Assembly (NCBI GenBank): GCA_963796965.1
Contig: CAWCNS010000005.1
Span: 224,001-288,000, forward strand
Length of the DNA: 64,000 nt
Reading direction: 5' to 3'
From: Calditrichia bacterium
GTDB taxonomy: Bacteria > Calditrichota > Calditrichia > JAJRVZ01
Part shown: in pieces, positions 1 through 10,195 of the stretch
Position numbering within the stretch: position 1 is the first letter of the stretch
Layout: every line of letters begins with the position of its first letter
Made by a program: the position numbers and the translations under genes
Notes under the pieces: model-generated
Seen by the model: the letters and a program-made list of their open reading frames with translations, nothing else
What the model was told of the DNA's origin: nothing
Database searches by the model: none

Positions 1-810
1 GTTTAATTCTAGTAGTTCTGATAAATCATACGCATGCTCCCGCTTACAATGTTCTGTTAATATGGGCATAGATGAGGCCTTAAAATCGCAGGTGCCACAA
101 GGATATTCCCCCGCTTCATATTTAAGGATTTCGGTGCCCTTGTAATAAAATGGCTTAATGTTTCCTTTTCGAGCTGATCTCCCTTTTTCTCTCAACTCAA
201 AAGCAATATCAGTTGCATATTTTGATTCAGTAGTGTTCAGATTGATATTATACGCGATAAGAAATTCCCGAACTCCTATAACTGTTGCGCCTGCTGAAGC
301 ATTAAACTTAGTCGGTCCAAAGTCGGGTTCCCATTTAGGATCCTTAAGTTTGTTTTCCAGGGCTTCATATTCACCGGATCTGATTATTGCTAAATTAGTT
401 CTTTCAGGTGACTGAGCAGATTTTTCATAAAGATATACAGGAATGTTTAGTTCATGGCCTACTCTCTCAGCAACTTCTTTGCTGAGATTTATGCATTCCT
501 CAGTGGTAATACCGGATACGGGAACAAATGGGCATACATCTGTCGCTCCCATTCGGGGATGTGAACCCTTATGTTCGCGCATATCTATCAACTCAGTTGC
601 TTTTTTTATCGCTGCGAATGCTGCCTCCTTTACGCCATCCGGGGAACCTATGAAGGTAACGACAGTCCGGTTCATCTCAAAACCGGGATCCACATCGAGC
701 AGGCGAACATCACTTACATTCTTTATCTCATTTGTGATTTGATCAATAATATCCATGTTTTGACCTTCAGAAAAATTTGGGACACATTCTACTAATTGTT
801 CTACCATCAT
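1..810 (-). CDS. ftcD: Glutamate formimidoyltransferase (FTCD family), 5' part; runs off the window start
   Basis: Not in the ORF track. Manual translation from ATG at 810/807 gives MMVEQLVECVPNFSEG...LLDVDPGFEMNRTVVTF...IDMREHKGSHPRMGATDVCPFVP...IPVYLYE...GATVIGVREFLIAYNINL, the hallmark formiminotransferase motifs. The frame is open to base 1. Confidence 0.92.
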   Translation of the reverse strand, partial: MMVEQLVECVPNFSEGQNMDIIDQITNEIKNVSDVRLLDVDPGFEMNRTVVTFIGSPDGVKEAAFAAIKKATELIDMREHKGSHPRMGATDVCPFVPVSGITTEECINLSKEVAERVGHELNIPVYLYEKSAQSPERTNLAIIRSGEYEALENKLKDPKWEPDFGPTKFNASAGATVIGVREFLIAYNINLNTTESKYATDIAFELREKGRSARKGNIKPFYYKGTEILKYEAGEYPCGTCDFKASSMPILTEHCKREHAYDLSELLELN

Positions 811-905
811 AACCTCTTATTTTTATGTATGCTGCAAATCAGCAACCTCAGCAACTGATAACTGCGTTGATTTTAAATTTTTTTTCTAATCTGATTAATC
901 AATCT

Positions 906-1062
906 CTCGCACAGGTGCTAAGACGCAAAGAAAAATCCATCCACGAATTGCACTAATTTGAACGGATTTCACGAATTAAAACACTATTTTAAATATTAAA
1001 AAATAGAGTTAGTGAAATTCGTCTGAATTCGTGGATAAAATCTTTTCGCGTCTTTGCGCGAG
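906..1062. repeat. Nested inverted-repeat (REP/MITE-like) element
   Basis: Outer arms CTCGCACAGG..AGACGCAAAG / CGCGTCTTTGCGCGAG. Inner arms ATCCACGAATT..TTCACGAATT / GAAATTCGTCTGAATTCGTGGAT. The same motifs recur at 15209-15383 and 22614-22774. Confidence 0.75.
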
Positions 1063-1274
1063 TAAGGAACTATAATAGCGATTCAAAATATAGAAATATT
1101 TTGAATCAAATAATACAAAATTAGACTGTAATGATATATTTTTGCAAATTCTTATAAATATATCTAATGCATCGTTACAACTAATTTCGATTCGGAGTGG
1201 CTGCTTTTCAGGTATGGAGTCATTTGATCTTTATTTATCCATAATCGGGCATCCGGTATCCCGAATCTAACTAT

Positions 1275-1856
1275 GTGGAGTTTAAGTTGTCTAATAAAAA
1301 TCATACAGTAGAAAATCCCTGGAAAACTTTATCAACCAAAGAGATTTATCAGAATGAATGGATGCGATTACGAGAGGATCAGGTCATTACCCCGGGTGGG
1401 AAGCAAGGAATATATGGTGTAGTAGAAACCTCACCCGCCATTGGGATTGTTCCTATAACAGAAACTCTAGAGACCTATCTGGTCGGCCAGTACCGTTACA
1501 CACTTCAAACCTATTCATGGGAGATACCAGAGGGAGGGGGAGAACCAGGGGAGTCACACATGGATGCTGCAAGAAGGGAATTGCGGGAAGAAACAGGCTT
1601 AGAGGCTAGGGAGTGGACTGATTTGGGTACAATGTATACTAGTAATTCCATCACTAACGAAATCGGATATTTATTTCTCGCTGAAAATTTGGAACTTGGA
1701 GAAGCTGAACCTGAGCATACAGAAGATTTATCTGTAAAAAAAGTACCTTTTCTGGAAGCATATCAACTGGTGTTGGATTATCAAATAAAAGATTCTATGG
1801 CCATCATTGGGATTATGCGTACGTACGAACATTTAAGAAAAACGGGGAGAATTTAA
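1275..1856 (+). CDS. Nudix hydrolase (ADP-ribose pyrophosphatase-like)
   Basis: Nudix box WEIPEGGGEPGESHMDAARRELREETG, preceded by LVGQYRY. Confidence 0.9.
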   Translation: MEFKLSNKNHTVENPWKTLSTKEIYQNEWMRLREDQVITPGGKQGIYGVVETSPAIGIVPITETLETYLVGQYRYTLQTYSWEIPEGGGEPGESHMDAARRELREETGLEAREWTDLGTMYTSNSITNEIGYLFLAENLELGEAEPEHTEDLSVKKVPFLEAYQLVLDYQIKDSMAIIGIMRTYEHLRKTGRI

Positions 1857-1890
1857 AGGAATTCACGTCAAAAATTTGCCACAGATATCA

Positions 1891-1973
1891 AGGAAAAAGT
1901 AAAAAAGAAAAAGGAAAAATCATTTAGCGTTTCAATCTCAATATTCGTTTTTTTACTTTTTACCTTTTTACTT
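1891..1973. repeat. Inverted heptamer arrays (AAAAAG[T/G])n ... ([A/C]CTTTTT)n between convergent genes; possible terminator
   Basis: AGGAAAAAGTAAAAAAGAAAAAGGAAAAA then TTTTTTACTTTTTACCTTTTTACTT. One arm recurs at about 45651-45680. Confidence 0.65.
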
Positions 1974-2021
1974 CTCTGCCTTTACTGGTGTGCATGGTGA
2001 TTGGTATTAATTCGTCTATTA

Positions 2022-2990
2022 TCAGTTTTCCGATTTGCTAAATTGGCTGTAGGAGATTTTATATTCAATCTCTTTTGTTGCATCACCGGTACTCACCATC
2101 CACTCTTTCATAATAGACCGTAAACACAATTCTAATTCTTCGGAGCGGACGGATGCATTTATAACTTCCACAAGGCTAATCTCACCACTTTTTATTATCT
2201 GGATTTTACATAATAGAAAGTAATCCTGAAGATGAGTAGAGTCCAAATGAGTTTCAATGCAATCTATTATATCTGTACTATCACGCAAAGTCCTCTCCTG
2301 CAACTCAGCATAGATGTTCGGAATATTTATTGAACGCCCGGATGCTCCGAGCATTGATCCCGGGCTTGACTTAGTCAGGGCAATCTCAGGGAGGCTGTTG
2401 TCAGCGATTTCTTCTGTAGCTGAATAAGCAATTCCTGCGTCCTCCACAGATGCCTTCTGTTTATCGCGTTCACTATCAGTTTCTTTACGAGAAGTACTCA
2501 TTTGCCTGGGTGTTGTAGGTGCATCCTCCCCGGATCCTGAAATAATTTTGGTCGGGGGGGCTTCGTCTTCAGCCTTAATCCTAATCTCTTCTTGGGCGGC
2601 AGGAGCAATAGGATTTTGTTCGTTCCTGTCTTTTTCTTTTTTTGAAAGTGTGTTGATTTTCTGAAGATTTTGCGGAGCAACATTAAATTGATAATAGATA
2701 ATTAACGGGGTTATAACAGCTACTAATAATATCGCCGCATAACGTATCATGATAAAACGTGTATCATTCTGCTTTTCTAACCGTTTTTGCAGTTTAGTTT
2801 TTATCTCACTCCGGGCAAATTCACTGATGCCCCTCTTGAGAGCCTTCTCAAGTAAAACTGCCTGGGCGTGCTTCTCACATTTCTCGATATGTTCTTCGAA
2901 ATTTTTTAGTAAGTCACCTTTTAATCTTCCGGCAACATACTCTTCGACGAGCATTTTTTCATCGATTTGCCGGCAAAAATCATTGCTCAT
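2022..2990 (-). CDS. Putative anti-sigma factor: zf-HC2-like N-terminus, one TM helix, low-complexity linker, C-terminal AgmX/PglI (TonB-C-like) domain
   Basis: Lies directly downstream of the ECF sigma. FEEHIEKCEKH motif; TM YAAILLVAVITPLIIYY; C-terminal IIDCIETHL...IQIIKSGEISLVEV...ELELCLRSIMKEW. Confidence 0.7.
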   Translation of the reverse strand: MSNDFCRQIDEKMLVEEYVAGRLKGDLLKNFEEHIEKCEKHAQAVLLEKALKRGISEFARSEIKTKLQKRLEKQNDTRFIMIRYAAILLVAVITPLIIYYQFNVAPQNLQKINTLSKKEKDRNEQNPIAPAAQEEIRIKAEDEAPPTKIISGSGEDAPTTPRQMSTSRKETDSERDKQKASVEDAGIAYSATEEIADNSLPEIALTKSSPGSMLGASGRSINIPNIYAELQERTLRDSTDIIDCIETHLDSTHLQDYFLLCKIQIIKSGEISLVEVINASVRSEELELCLRSIMKEWMVSTGDATKEIEYKISYSQFSKSEN

Positions 2991-3002
2991 ATCAACCCCT
3001 GT

Positions 3003-3572
3003 TTATGATTCGACCACCTTTTTAATCAGGCGTTCTAATTCTTTTTTGCATTGGTATTTTTTTGATTTTGCTACATCTTCGTTGGCCAGATTCAAACTTT
3101 GACTAATCTCCAGCATTGACTTTTCTTCGAAATAAAATTTTACTAAAATATTCTTACAGAGATCGGAGAGTTCCCCCATACATTTTTTAACAATCTCCAT
3201 GAGTTCATCATTTTCGATCTTTTCTGTAATATCCGAAAATTCATCGGGATTATGGTTTAATTCATCGAGACTTGTCAGCTTTTTCCTTCTCGAAAGTTCC
3301 CTTAACCATTTATTTCTAACTATTCCGAATAGAAATGTTGATAGTTTAGATGTAAGAACAAAATTTTCTCTCAGTATCTTTTCCCAGAGAACCACTAATG
3401 CGTCTTGCAATAACTCCGCAGCATCAGATCCGGTACCATTGTTCTGGAGGATATATTTCATGATCATCCGGATATTCTTGTCATATAGATAGGCCAGAGC
3501 TGAATCATCGCCATTTCCAATGGCATTTATCAATTGCTGGTCATTTTGAAAAATCTGAATAATCCGAACCAT
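3003..3572 (-). CDS. ECF-type RNA polymerase sigma-70 factor
   Basis: Region 2 DAAELLQDALVVLWEK..LSTFLFGIVRNKW; region 4 LSDLCKNILVKFYFEEKSMLEISQSL..AKSKKYQCKKEL. Confidence 0.92.
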   Translation of the reverse strand: MVRIIQIFQNDQQLINAIGNGDDSALAYLYDKNIRMIMKYILQNNGTGSDAAELLQDALVVLWEKILRENFVLTSKLSTFLFGIVRNKWLRELSRRKKLTSLDELNHNPDEFSDITEKIENDELMEIVKKCMGELSDLCKNILVKFYFEEKSMLEISQSLNLANEDVAKSKKYQCKKELERLIKKVVES

Positions 3573-3850
3573 GCTTTTCTATTAATCCTGGATAGAGGCT
3601 ATAGGTAAATCCTGTATTACACTTTTTATTTTAATATTGAATTCGTTTAATAATTCAGTAATAATCAACAGTGAACTATCTTTTACCAGATACTCATAAA
3701 TACGGGAATATTGAAAAAAATACTGATTCATGCTTACTGTATCAACCAATTTCTTCTAATGGGCAAAAAAAGTGTATAAAATCATTTTTTTGTTTACTAT
3801 AACCTATTTTTTGAATATACTGTGAAATAAATAACAAGGGGTACGATGAT

Positions 3851-4249
3851 ATGGATGCTGAGAAATATCGATATTATCTCAGAGGCATTCTCTGGCTATT
3901 TGTTATACATACAACCGCTGTTGCTGTTGGACTCTTCCTGTTACCCACTGAATATCTTGTCTGTTTTGGATTGGAGGGATACCAGGGAAGGTTCTTTCAG
4001 ACTCAGGCTGGTGTTTTTCATTTGATAATGGGGGTTGCCTACCTTTTAGCTTTATTTCATGGAGAAAAACAATATTGGTTGATTTATTTTGCAATCATTG
4101 CTAAATCAGTTGCTGTGGTCTTTTTATTGCTGTATTATCTGTTAATGGAGCCAAGTTGGATCGTCATTTTTTCTGCATTTGGAGATGGGGTACTGGGGTG
4201 GATACTATATCATTTATATAAACGATTCCGAGATAGTCAGATCGCATGA
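3851..4249 (+). CDS. Hypothetical 4-TM membrane protein, co-oriented with the SDR-globin gene
   Basis: Four hydrophobic segments; motif FFQTQAGVFHLIMGVAY; 45 nt gap to the next gene. Confidence 0.75.
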   Translation: MDAEKYRYYLRGILWLFVIHTTAVAVGLFLLPTEYLVCFGLEGYQGRFFQTQAGVFHLIMGVAYLLALFHGEKQYWLIYFAIIAKSVAVVFLLLYYLLMEPSWIVIFSAFGDGVLGWILYHLYKRFRDSQIA

Positions 4250-4294
4250 ATTGCCAGCTCTATAGAAAATATTATAAGTTCTAAAGGATAGAAG

Positions 4295-5839
4295 ATGTAT
4301 GCAGATGCCAAATTGGTAAAGAGACCTACGAGATTACCTGTAATGATTGTAACAGGTGCTTCTGGCTTTATTGGTCGGCATGTTCTTGAATCATTTAAGT
4401 ATGAGTTTTATATCTATGCTATTGCCCGGCGTGCCCAACGAGCGGTCGGTGTAGAAAATCATGAAAATATAAACTGGATACGTCTGGATATAGGCGAAGA
4501 GGAGATGGTCGCTGAAACATTTGAAAGAATTCGTGAGAAAGGTGGTGCTGATTTCCTGATCCATTTAGCGGGCTATTATGATTTTACAAATAAAAATCAT
4601 CCTGAATATCTGAGGACAAATATCAATGGTACCAAGCTTATTTTAAAATATGCACAGCGTCTTAATCTTAAAAGATTTATTTTCGCCAGCTCTTTAACTG
4701 TCTCTGAATTTGGTAAAAATGGACCCGTATTAAATGAAAAAAGCGCTGCTAATGCCAACTTTCCCTATGCATTGAGCAAGAAGGAAGGGGAAAGAATAGT
4801 CCACAAATATGGGAAGAAATTTCCGTGCACCGTAATCCGTTGCGCTGCTATATTCAGCGATTGGTGCGAGTATGGCCCCTTGTATGTCTTGTTATCTATG
4901 TGGTTGTCACAACGCTGGGATTCAAATATTCTCACTGGAAAAGGTGAGGCTGCCATTCCCTATTTTCATACAAGGAATCTGAATTCTCTTCTATCTAGTA
5001 ATTATAAAAAATACTGATGCGCTCAAGGCGTACGATGTCTACATGGCCAGTCATGACGGTTGTACTTCTCAGCGCGAATTGCATGATATCTCCATGCGCT
5101 ATAATTATGGCAAGACCGCGAATATTAATTATTTTCCGGTATGGTTGGCATGGTTTGGTGTGACTTCTCTATACTTACTGGGGATACTTAAGGGTAAGAA
5201 ACCCTTTATCCAACCATGGATGCTCAAGATGACCGATAAAAAAATGATCATCGATGCTTCCTACACCCGTAAAATATTAAACTGGAAGCCTGTAGAGCGA
5301 TTTGAAATTGAACGACGTCTCCTGTTTTTGATCGAAAATAGGAAGAGCAATCAGTATGAATGGGATCGTCGGAATGAACAGGCTATAACGAAAGGTGGAG
5401 AAACAAGACTTAATTTATTGATTTACGAGTCGATGGTACACCTGGAGCAAGAAATCATAGATGAGATCATATTACACATTCATAAACCTGAGAACGAGAA
5501 CAAATTTAACAGATATATTCAACTTGATCCCCAGGAGCTGGAGTATCGATTTCGAAACCTGTATAAAATGCTCAAAACAGCCGTAGTGTTGAGTGACCGT
5601 TTGCAGGTATTGAGTGTATGCTCGCACGCTAGGCAGTCGAGCGATTTAAAGAACATTTTGAAGTAGGGGAAGTAATCAATGCGATACGCTTGGTTGGCGA
5701 TATAATTGTTACTCATTTAAAATTAATGGAAGGATTGATGAACAACCATTTGCGCATTCATGATGAGATATTATTAACTGTTCAGCTAATTGTTGATGAG
5801 TTAGAGGATTCATATGACAGACTCTTGGGAGTATATTAG
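4295..5839 (+). CDS. Extended SDR (NAD-dependent epimerase/dehydratase-like) fused to a C-terminal helical globin-like/RsbRD-N-like domain, copy 1 (three +1 frame breaks)
   Basis: TGASGFIG, HLAGYYDF and YALSK motifs. ORFs 4295-5017 and 5043-5666 join by removing one base near 4990. Two more single-base removals near 5615 and 5631 give ..LSYARTLAVERFKEHFEVGEVINAI..DELEDSYDRLLGVY* ending at 5839. Colinear with the intact paralog at 17384-18994. Confidence 0.82.
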
Positions 5840-5845
5840 GCAGGG

Positions 5846-6331
5846 TTATTTTTTCCGATAGTTCACATTCCACAAAGTTAGTATCGAAAAAACTTCTTCT
5901 ATAATTCGCTCAAAATCTTGTTTCAATTCAGGGGAAACATCAAGATCTAGCTCCATCTTGTACGGTTGGATACCCACCAGACAGATCGCCTCAGGTCTAA
6001 TATCAAGAATTTTAATCATGCTCAAAACGTCCGACAATCCGAGGTGATGAAGAGAAATCTTTGACGTCAGCATGGTAAGAATGTCATCATCCTTGATAAT
6101 ACCTAGATGGCCCGGTTCCTTATCAAAATTTACGGCATCAATGATCAGGACTTTCTTGCTGTTTTCAAAATAGGTTAGTAGATCTGCACCAGTAGTTCCA
6201 CCATCGATGATGGTAATCGGGGGAGTGAAGACAAATTTATCATTGAGGAGATTGGCGATATGCACGCCAATCCCCTCATCTTGCATCAGGATATTTCCCA
6301 ACCCCAGAATTGTTATTTCTGTTCTAATCAT
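5846..6331 (-). CDS. hybD: Hydrogenase maturation endopeptidase (HyaD/HybD family)
   Basis: LGLGNILMQDEGIGVH, IDGGT, IIDAV, SLHHLGL. Start overlaps the hybC stop (ATGA). Confidence 0.93.
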   Translation of the reverse strand: MIRTEITILGLGNILMQDEGIGVHIANLLNDKFVFTPPITIIDGGTTGADLLTYFENSKKVLIIDAVNFDKEPGHLGIIKDDDILTMLTSKISLHHLGLSDVLSMIKILDIRPEAICLVGIQPYKMELDLDVSPELKQDFERIIEEVFSILTLWNVNYRKK

Positions 6332-8031
6332 TTCATGACGCTAACGCGCACGATCTCCTTCTTTTTATTGTCATGTAAATGTATGGCACAGGCGAGACAG
6401 GGATCAAAGGAGTGAACTGTTCTTAATACCTCTAATGGTTTCTCTTCATCCGCAATAGGATTGCCCATAAGAGAAGCTTCATAAGGTCCCATAGCATCGT
6501 CTTGATTTCTGGGACCGGCATTCCAGGTAGAAGGTACAACCGCCTGATAGTTCTCTATTTTACCATTATTAATAACAATCCAGTGAGAAAGAACGCCGCG
6601 TGGGGCCTCATGAAAACCGAAGCCTCTTTGTTCGCCGCTGGGAAACTCTGGTTTGTTAAATGTATCCAGATCACCCCTAGGAATATTTTCAATTAATAAT
6701 TGATAATTTTTCTCCAGTATATCATAAAGTACGGCACAACGTACCGCCCTGGCAGCGTGTCGACCAAGCGTAGAATGGAGAGCCGAGAGAGGAACGGCGC
6801 TTCCCGTAAGACTTTTAATCTTTGCCAGAGCAATATTCAGGTACTTTTTTGTCGGTTTGTGGCCGGCAACATACATGGCTAAAACATTAGCCAGAGGCCC
6901 TACCTGAGCTGGTTTTCCACTAAAACTCGGTGCTTTTACCCAGGAATATTTACCACTGTCCTGAAAATCTTTATAATCCGGAACCGTTTCTTCATCCCAT
7001 GGATGTCGGGTCCAGCTACCTTTGTACCAGGAATGTTTAATGCTCTCCTGTACGTTTTTTCTGAAAAAATCATCATCAAAACTTTTGATAGCTTTGAATT
7101 GATTGACATCTCCATTGGGGATGTATCCTCCCGGTGTTAAAAACTCTTTACCCTTGGTGTCGATAGGGAAGTCAGGCACGGATAAATAATTTTTTACACC
7201 TGCCCCATAGTTTAGCCAGTCTGTATAATGAGCAGCGACAGCAGCAACATCAGTAACATAAACATCAAGAATAAATTGTTGGATTTTATCCATCAGGGTT
7301 TTAACATAGTACAATCTTTCCATGTTTAATGCAGACTGGTTGTCAGGGTTGATTGGATTTGCAACACCACCAACAGCCAGGTTTTGGATATGAGGTGTTT
7401 TGCTGCCTAAAATACTAACAATTTTATTGATCTCACGTTGATATTCAAGTGCTTCCAGGTAGTGTGCAGCAGCAATCAGATTTACCTCCGGTGGCAATTT
7501 CATTGCCGGATGTCCCCAGTAGCCATTTGTAAATATACCTAACTGTCCGGTACTGACAAATGATTTTAATTTATCCTGCACACCCTTATAATAGGGCGTT
7601 GTGTTATTTGGCCAGTCAGATAACGATCTGGCAATTTTTGCCGCACCTGCCGGGCTGGCTTTTAAGGCAGATACAATGTCTACCCAATCTAATGCGGATA
7701 GGTGATAAAAATGAACAATATGATCGTGGATACCGTGGGCGGCAATGATCATATTACGAATATATTGAGCATTTAATGGAATCTCCATTTGGAGGGCATT
7801 TTCTACAGCACGAACAGACGCCATTGCGTGAACCGTCGTGCAAACACCGCAAATGCGTTGGGTAAATACCCATGCGTCTCGCGGATCGCGGTCTTTTAAA
7901 ATGACCTCTATACCCCGCCACATCTGTCCGGATGACCAGGCATTGGTCACCTTTCCACCATCCACCTGACAATCTATACGCAGATGGCCTTCAATCCTGG
8001 TGATGGGGTCAACAGTTATTCTCTTTGACAT
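6328..8031 (-). CDS. hybC: [NiFe]-hydrogenase large subunit, Hyd-2/group 1c-like
   Basis: DPITRIEGHLRI; L1 QRICGVCTTVH; L2 SFDPCLACAIH followed by a cleavable C-terminal tail. Confidence 0.96.
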   Translation of the reverse strand: MSKRITVDPITRIEGHLRIDCQVDGGKVTNAWSSGQMWRGIEVILKDRDPRDAWVFTQRICGVCTTVHAMASVRAVENALQMEIPLNAQYIRNMIIAAHGIHDHIVHFYHLSALDWVDIVSALKASPAGAAKIARSLSDWPNNTTPYYKGVQDKLKSFVSTGQLGIFTNGYWGHPAMKLPPEVNLIAAAHYLEALEYQREINKIVSILGSKTPHIQNLAVGGVANPINPDNQSALNMERLYYVKTLMDKIQQFILDVYVTDVAAVAAHYTDWLNYGAGVKNYLSVPDFPIDTKGKEFLTPGGYIPNGDVNQFKAIKSFDDDFFRKNVQESIKHSWYKGSWTRHPWDEETVPDYKDFQDSGKYSWVKAPSFSGKPAQVGPLANVLAMYVAGHKPTKKYLNIALAKIKSLTGSAVPLSALHSTLGRHAARAVRCAVLYDILEKNYQLLIENIPRGDLDTFNKPEFPSGEQRGFGFHEAPRGVLSHWIVINNGKIENYQAVVPSTWNAGPRNQDDAMGPYEASLMGNPIADEEKPLEVLRTVHSFDPCLACAIHLHDNKKKEIVRVSVMK

Positions 8032-8049
8032 GAAAGTTTCCTCCTAAAA

Positions 8050-9193
8050 TTATTGTGCATGTTTCACATCTGGCAGAACAGGCAGCATTTTTACAAACAC
8101 CAGATAGGCCATAATTTCCATTGCGATTATACCAACCGTTATCATAATCTCTGAAAAAGACGGAAAATACACATAACCGCCTCCTGGTTCAAAACCAATC
8201 AGGAAAGTATTAAATCGATAAACAGCACCTGCCAGCAACATGGAAACTGCAGAGAGAAACAAATATTTTGGTACTTTTCTTTTTTCTGCTGAGAACAGTA
8301 TCACCATTGGATAGATGAACAGGATATTCTCGACAATAAACATGAAACTTTGCAGATTAAATGTAAACATTTCACCCAGGGCGCCACGGTAAATCAGGTC
8401 ACCAATTCGAACGATATAAAATACAACTAATAGCTTAGGAATAACCCCCGCTAATCGGGTAAGCATGGAAGTTTCCAACGGTCTTTTCAAACCGATAGAA
8501 GAAAATTTAGATTCAAATACAACGATAGCAAATCCCATTGTAATGGCACTAATCAAAAATAATAATGGTAGAAAATCGGTTTGCCAGAGTGGAGATACTT
8601 TTTGTCCGGCGATGATCATCAAGCTCCCAAGAGATGATTGGTGCATAGTCGGTAAAAGTACCCCTAAGGCAATAAAAAAGAACATAACTTTGTTTAATAA
8701 TTTAAGTTTACCTTCATGTTCTTTTTTACCCTCCAAAAATGTTGGACTGAATTCAATCCACATAACGGCGACGTATAGGGCGACACATACGGCAACTTCA
8801 AACATGATTGAATTTGGATTGGCTGTTCCGGGTAGAAAAATATTCTGTAAATTCCACCACCGTCCGGTATCCACATATATGGATACACCGGCAAGTGTGT
8901 AGCCAAACATACCAGCCATAAGTGCAGAACGCACAAGCGGGTGGTATTTACCTTTGTTGAATATGTATACCAGCATAGCCATTGAATATCCACCACAAGC
9001 AATGGCCGTACCAGTGACCACGTCATAAACTATCCAAAGTCCCCATGGATAACCGTCACTCAGATTTGAAACGGAGCCCAACCCGAAGAAATATCTTTTC
9101 AGGATTAAAAATACACCAATGATGCCAAAAATCATTAAAATCTTAAATGGCTTGGTAAATATTTTTCCTCCTAACGGTTTGCTTTCAATGCAT
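8050..9193 (-). CDS. hybB: NrfD/PsrC-family membrane subunit of hydrogenase 2
   Basis: NLSDGYPWGLWI, DTGRWWN, LPTMHQSSLGSL; about 10 TM helices. RBS AAGGAG precedes ATG at 9193. ATG CAT TGA AAG reads in frame as MHESKPLGG if one T is removed. Confidence 0.92.
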
Positions 9194-9205
9194 CGAAGAC
9201 TCCTT

Positions 9206-10183
9206 TTATTCGTCAGTTGGTTGTTTTTTTGTTGAGCGGAATGCCGCAACAGCAAGGCCACCTAATAATACGATTGGACCAATCAATCCTTTATAGATTG
9301 TGTGTTGCAAGGTTTCTGATCTGGCGGCGCCTGAGGTTTCAGGCATTGTCGGTAAACCCAACTTCTCAAATGGTACCGCAGAAAGTAATAAATATTGGGC
9401 ACCGCCTCCTTCTTTTTCTCCATAAACCTGCTTAACATATTTAGCCACCGGCCTACTTTTCTTCTCCTTATTATCAACAGTGTGAACGGGGAAATCGTAA
9501 ACCTCTCCTGGCTTCAGTTCAAGCCGTTTCTTCGCTTCAGATTGCAGGGCATCAAGCCTTCCAAAAATAGTTGCGCCGGTTGGACACCATTCCGAGCATC
9601 CCGTTATGCCGCCATCCTCTAATACATGGTTGCATAATTGGCATTTTACTAGTTCTGGCAACGCTTTATCGTATTCAAATTTGGGAATCAGATATTGACA
9701 GGCAATCTGACAGTAACGACATCCACAACAGGCATCTTTGTCCCATGTTACAATGCCCTTAACCGGATCTTTAAGCAGAGCCGAAGTCGGGCAAGCAGAC
9801 TGACAGTCCGGATCGAAACAGTGCATGCAGGCACGTTTTACAAATGAAAAGCCATCGATTTCCTGGTCCTTATTGGCAGCCGTACCGTTTTTGTAAACCT
9901 TGATCTTATTCATGGTCCGGGAATCAAGATCGCGTGAATCATCCCAGATGCCATGAACACCAAAATGGTCTTCAATTTCGGAATGCACCGGGGGTTTTTC
10001 ATTTCTTGTTTTACATCCAACTTCACACGCTTTACATCCTACGCACAATGTTGCGTCGTATAGCAAACCTACTGCGTCTGGCGGCATTGTATAAGTTGAA
10101 CGGGCCTGTGATTCTTTGGTCGTCGTCGCTGTCACTACACCGGCGGAGAGAACTTTTAGAAAATCTCTTCTTTGCAGATTCAT
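9206..10183 (-). CDS. hybA: Hydrogenase-2 Fe-S subunit (Tat-exported 4x[4Fe-4S] protein)
   Basis: QRRDFLK Tat motif; CVGCKACEVGC, CMHCFDPDCQSAC, CCGCRYCQIAC, KCQLC..GCSEWCPTGA; C-terminal TM. Confidence 0.93.
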   Translation of the reverse strand: MNLQRRDFLKVLSAGVVTATTTKESQARSTYTMPPDAVGLLYDATLCVGCKACEVGCKTRNEKPPVHSEIEDHFGVHGIWDDSRDLDSRTMNKIKVYKNGTAANKDQEIDGFSFVKRACMHCFDPDCQSACPTSALLKDPVKGIVTWDKDACCGCRYCQIACQYLIPKFEYDKALPELVKCQLCNHVLEDGGITGCSEWCPTGATIFGRLDALQSEAKKRLELKPGEVYDFPVHTVDNKEKKSRPVAKYVKQVYGEKEGGGAQYLLLSAVPFEKLGLPTMPETSGAARSETLQHTIYKGLIGPIVLLGGLAVAAFRSTKKQPTDE

Positions 10184-10195
10184 TTTCTCACCTCC

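Noticed and set aside
158..795. Plus-strand ORFs 158-415, 443-742 and 571-795
   Set aside because: Antisense shadows of ftcD on the minus strand.
6328..6420. Selenocysteine ([NiFeSe]) hydrogenase
   Set aside because: The L2 motif is DPCLAC with ordinary Cys codons and no in-frame TGA.
9194..9261. N-terminal extension of hybB in the ORF track
   Set aside because: It overlaps hybA. An RBS and ATG at 9193 with one extra base explain the true start.
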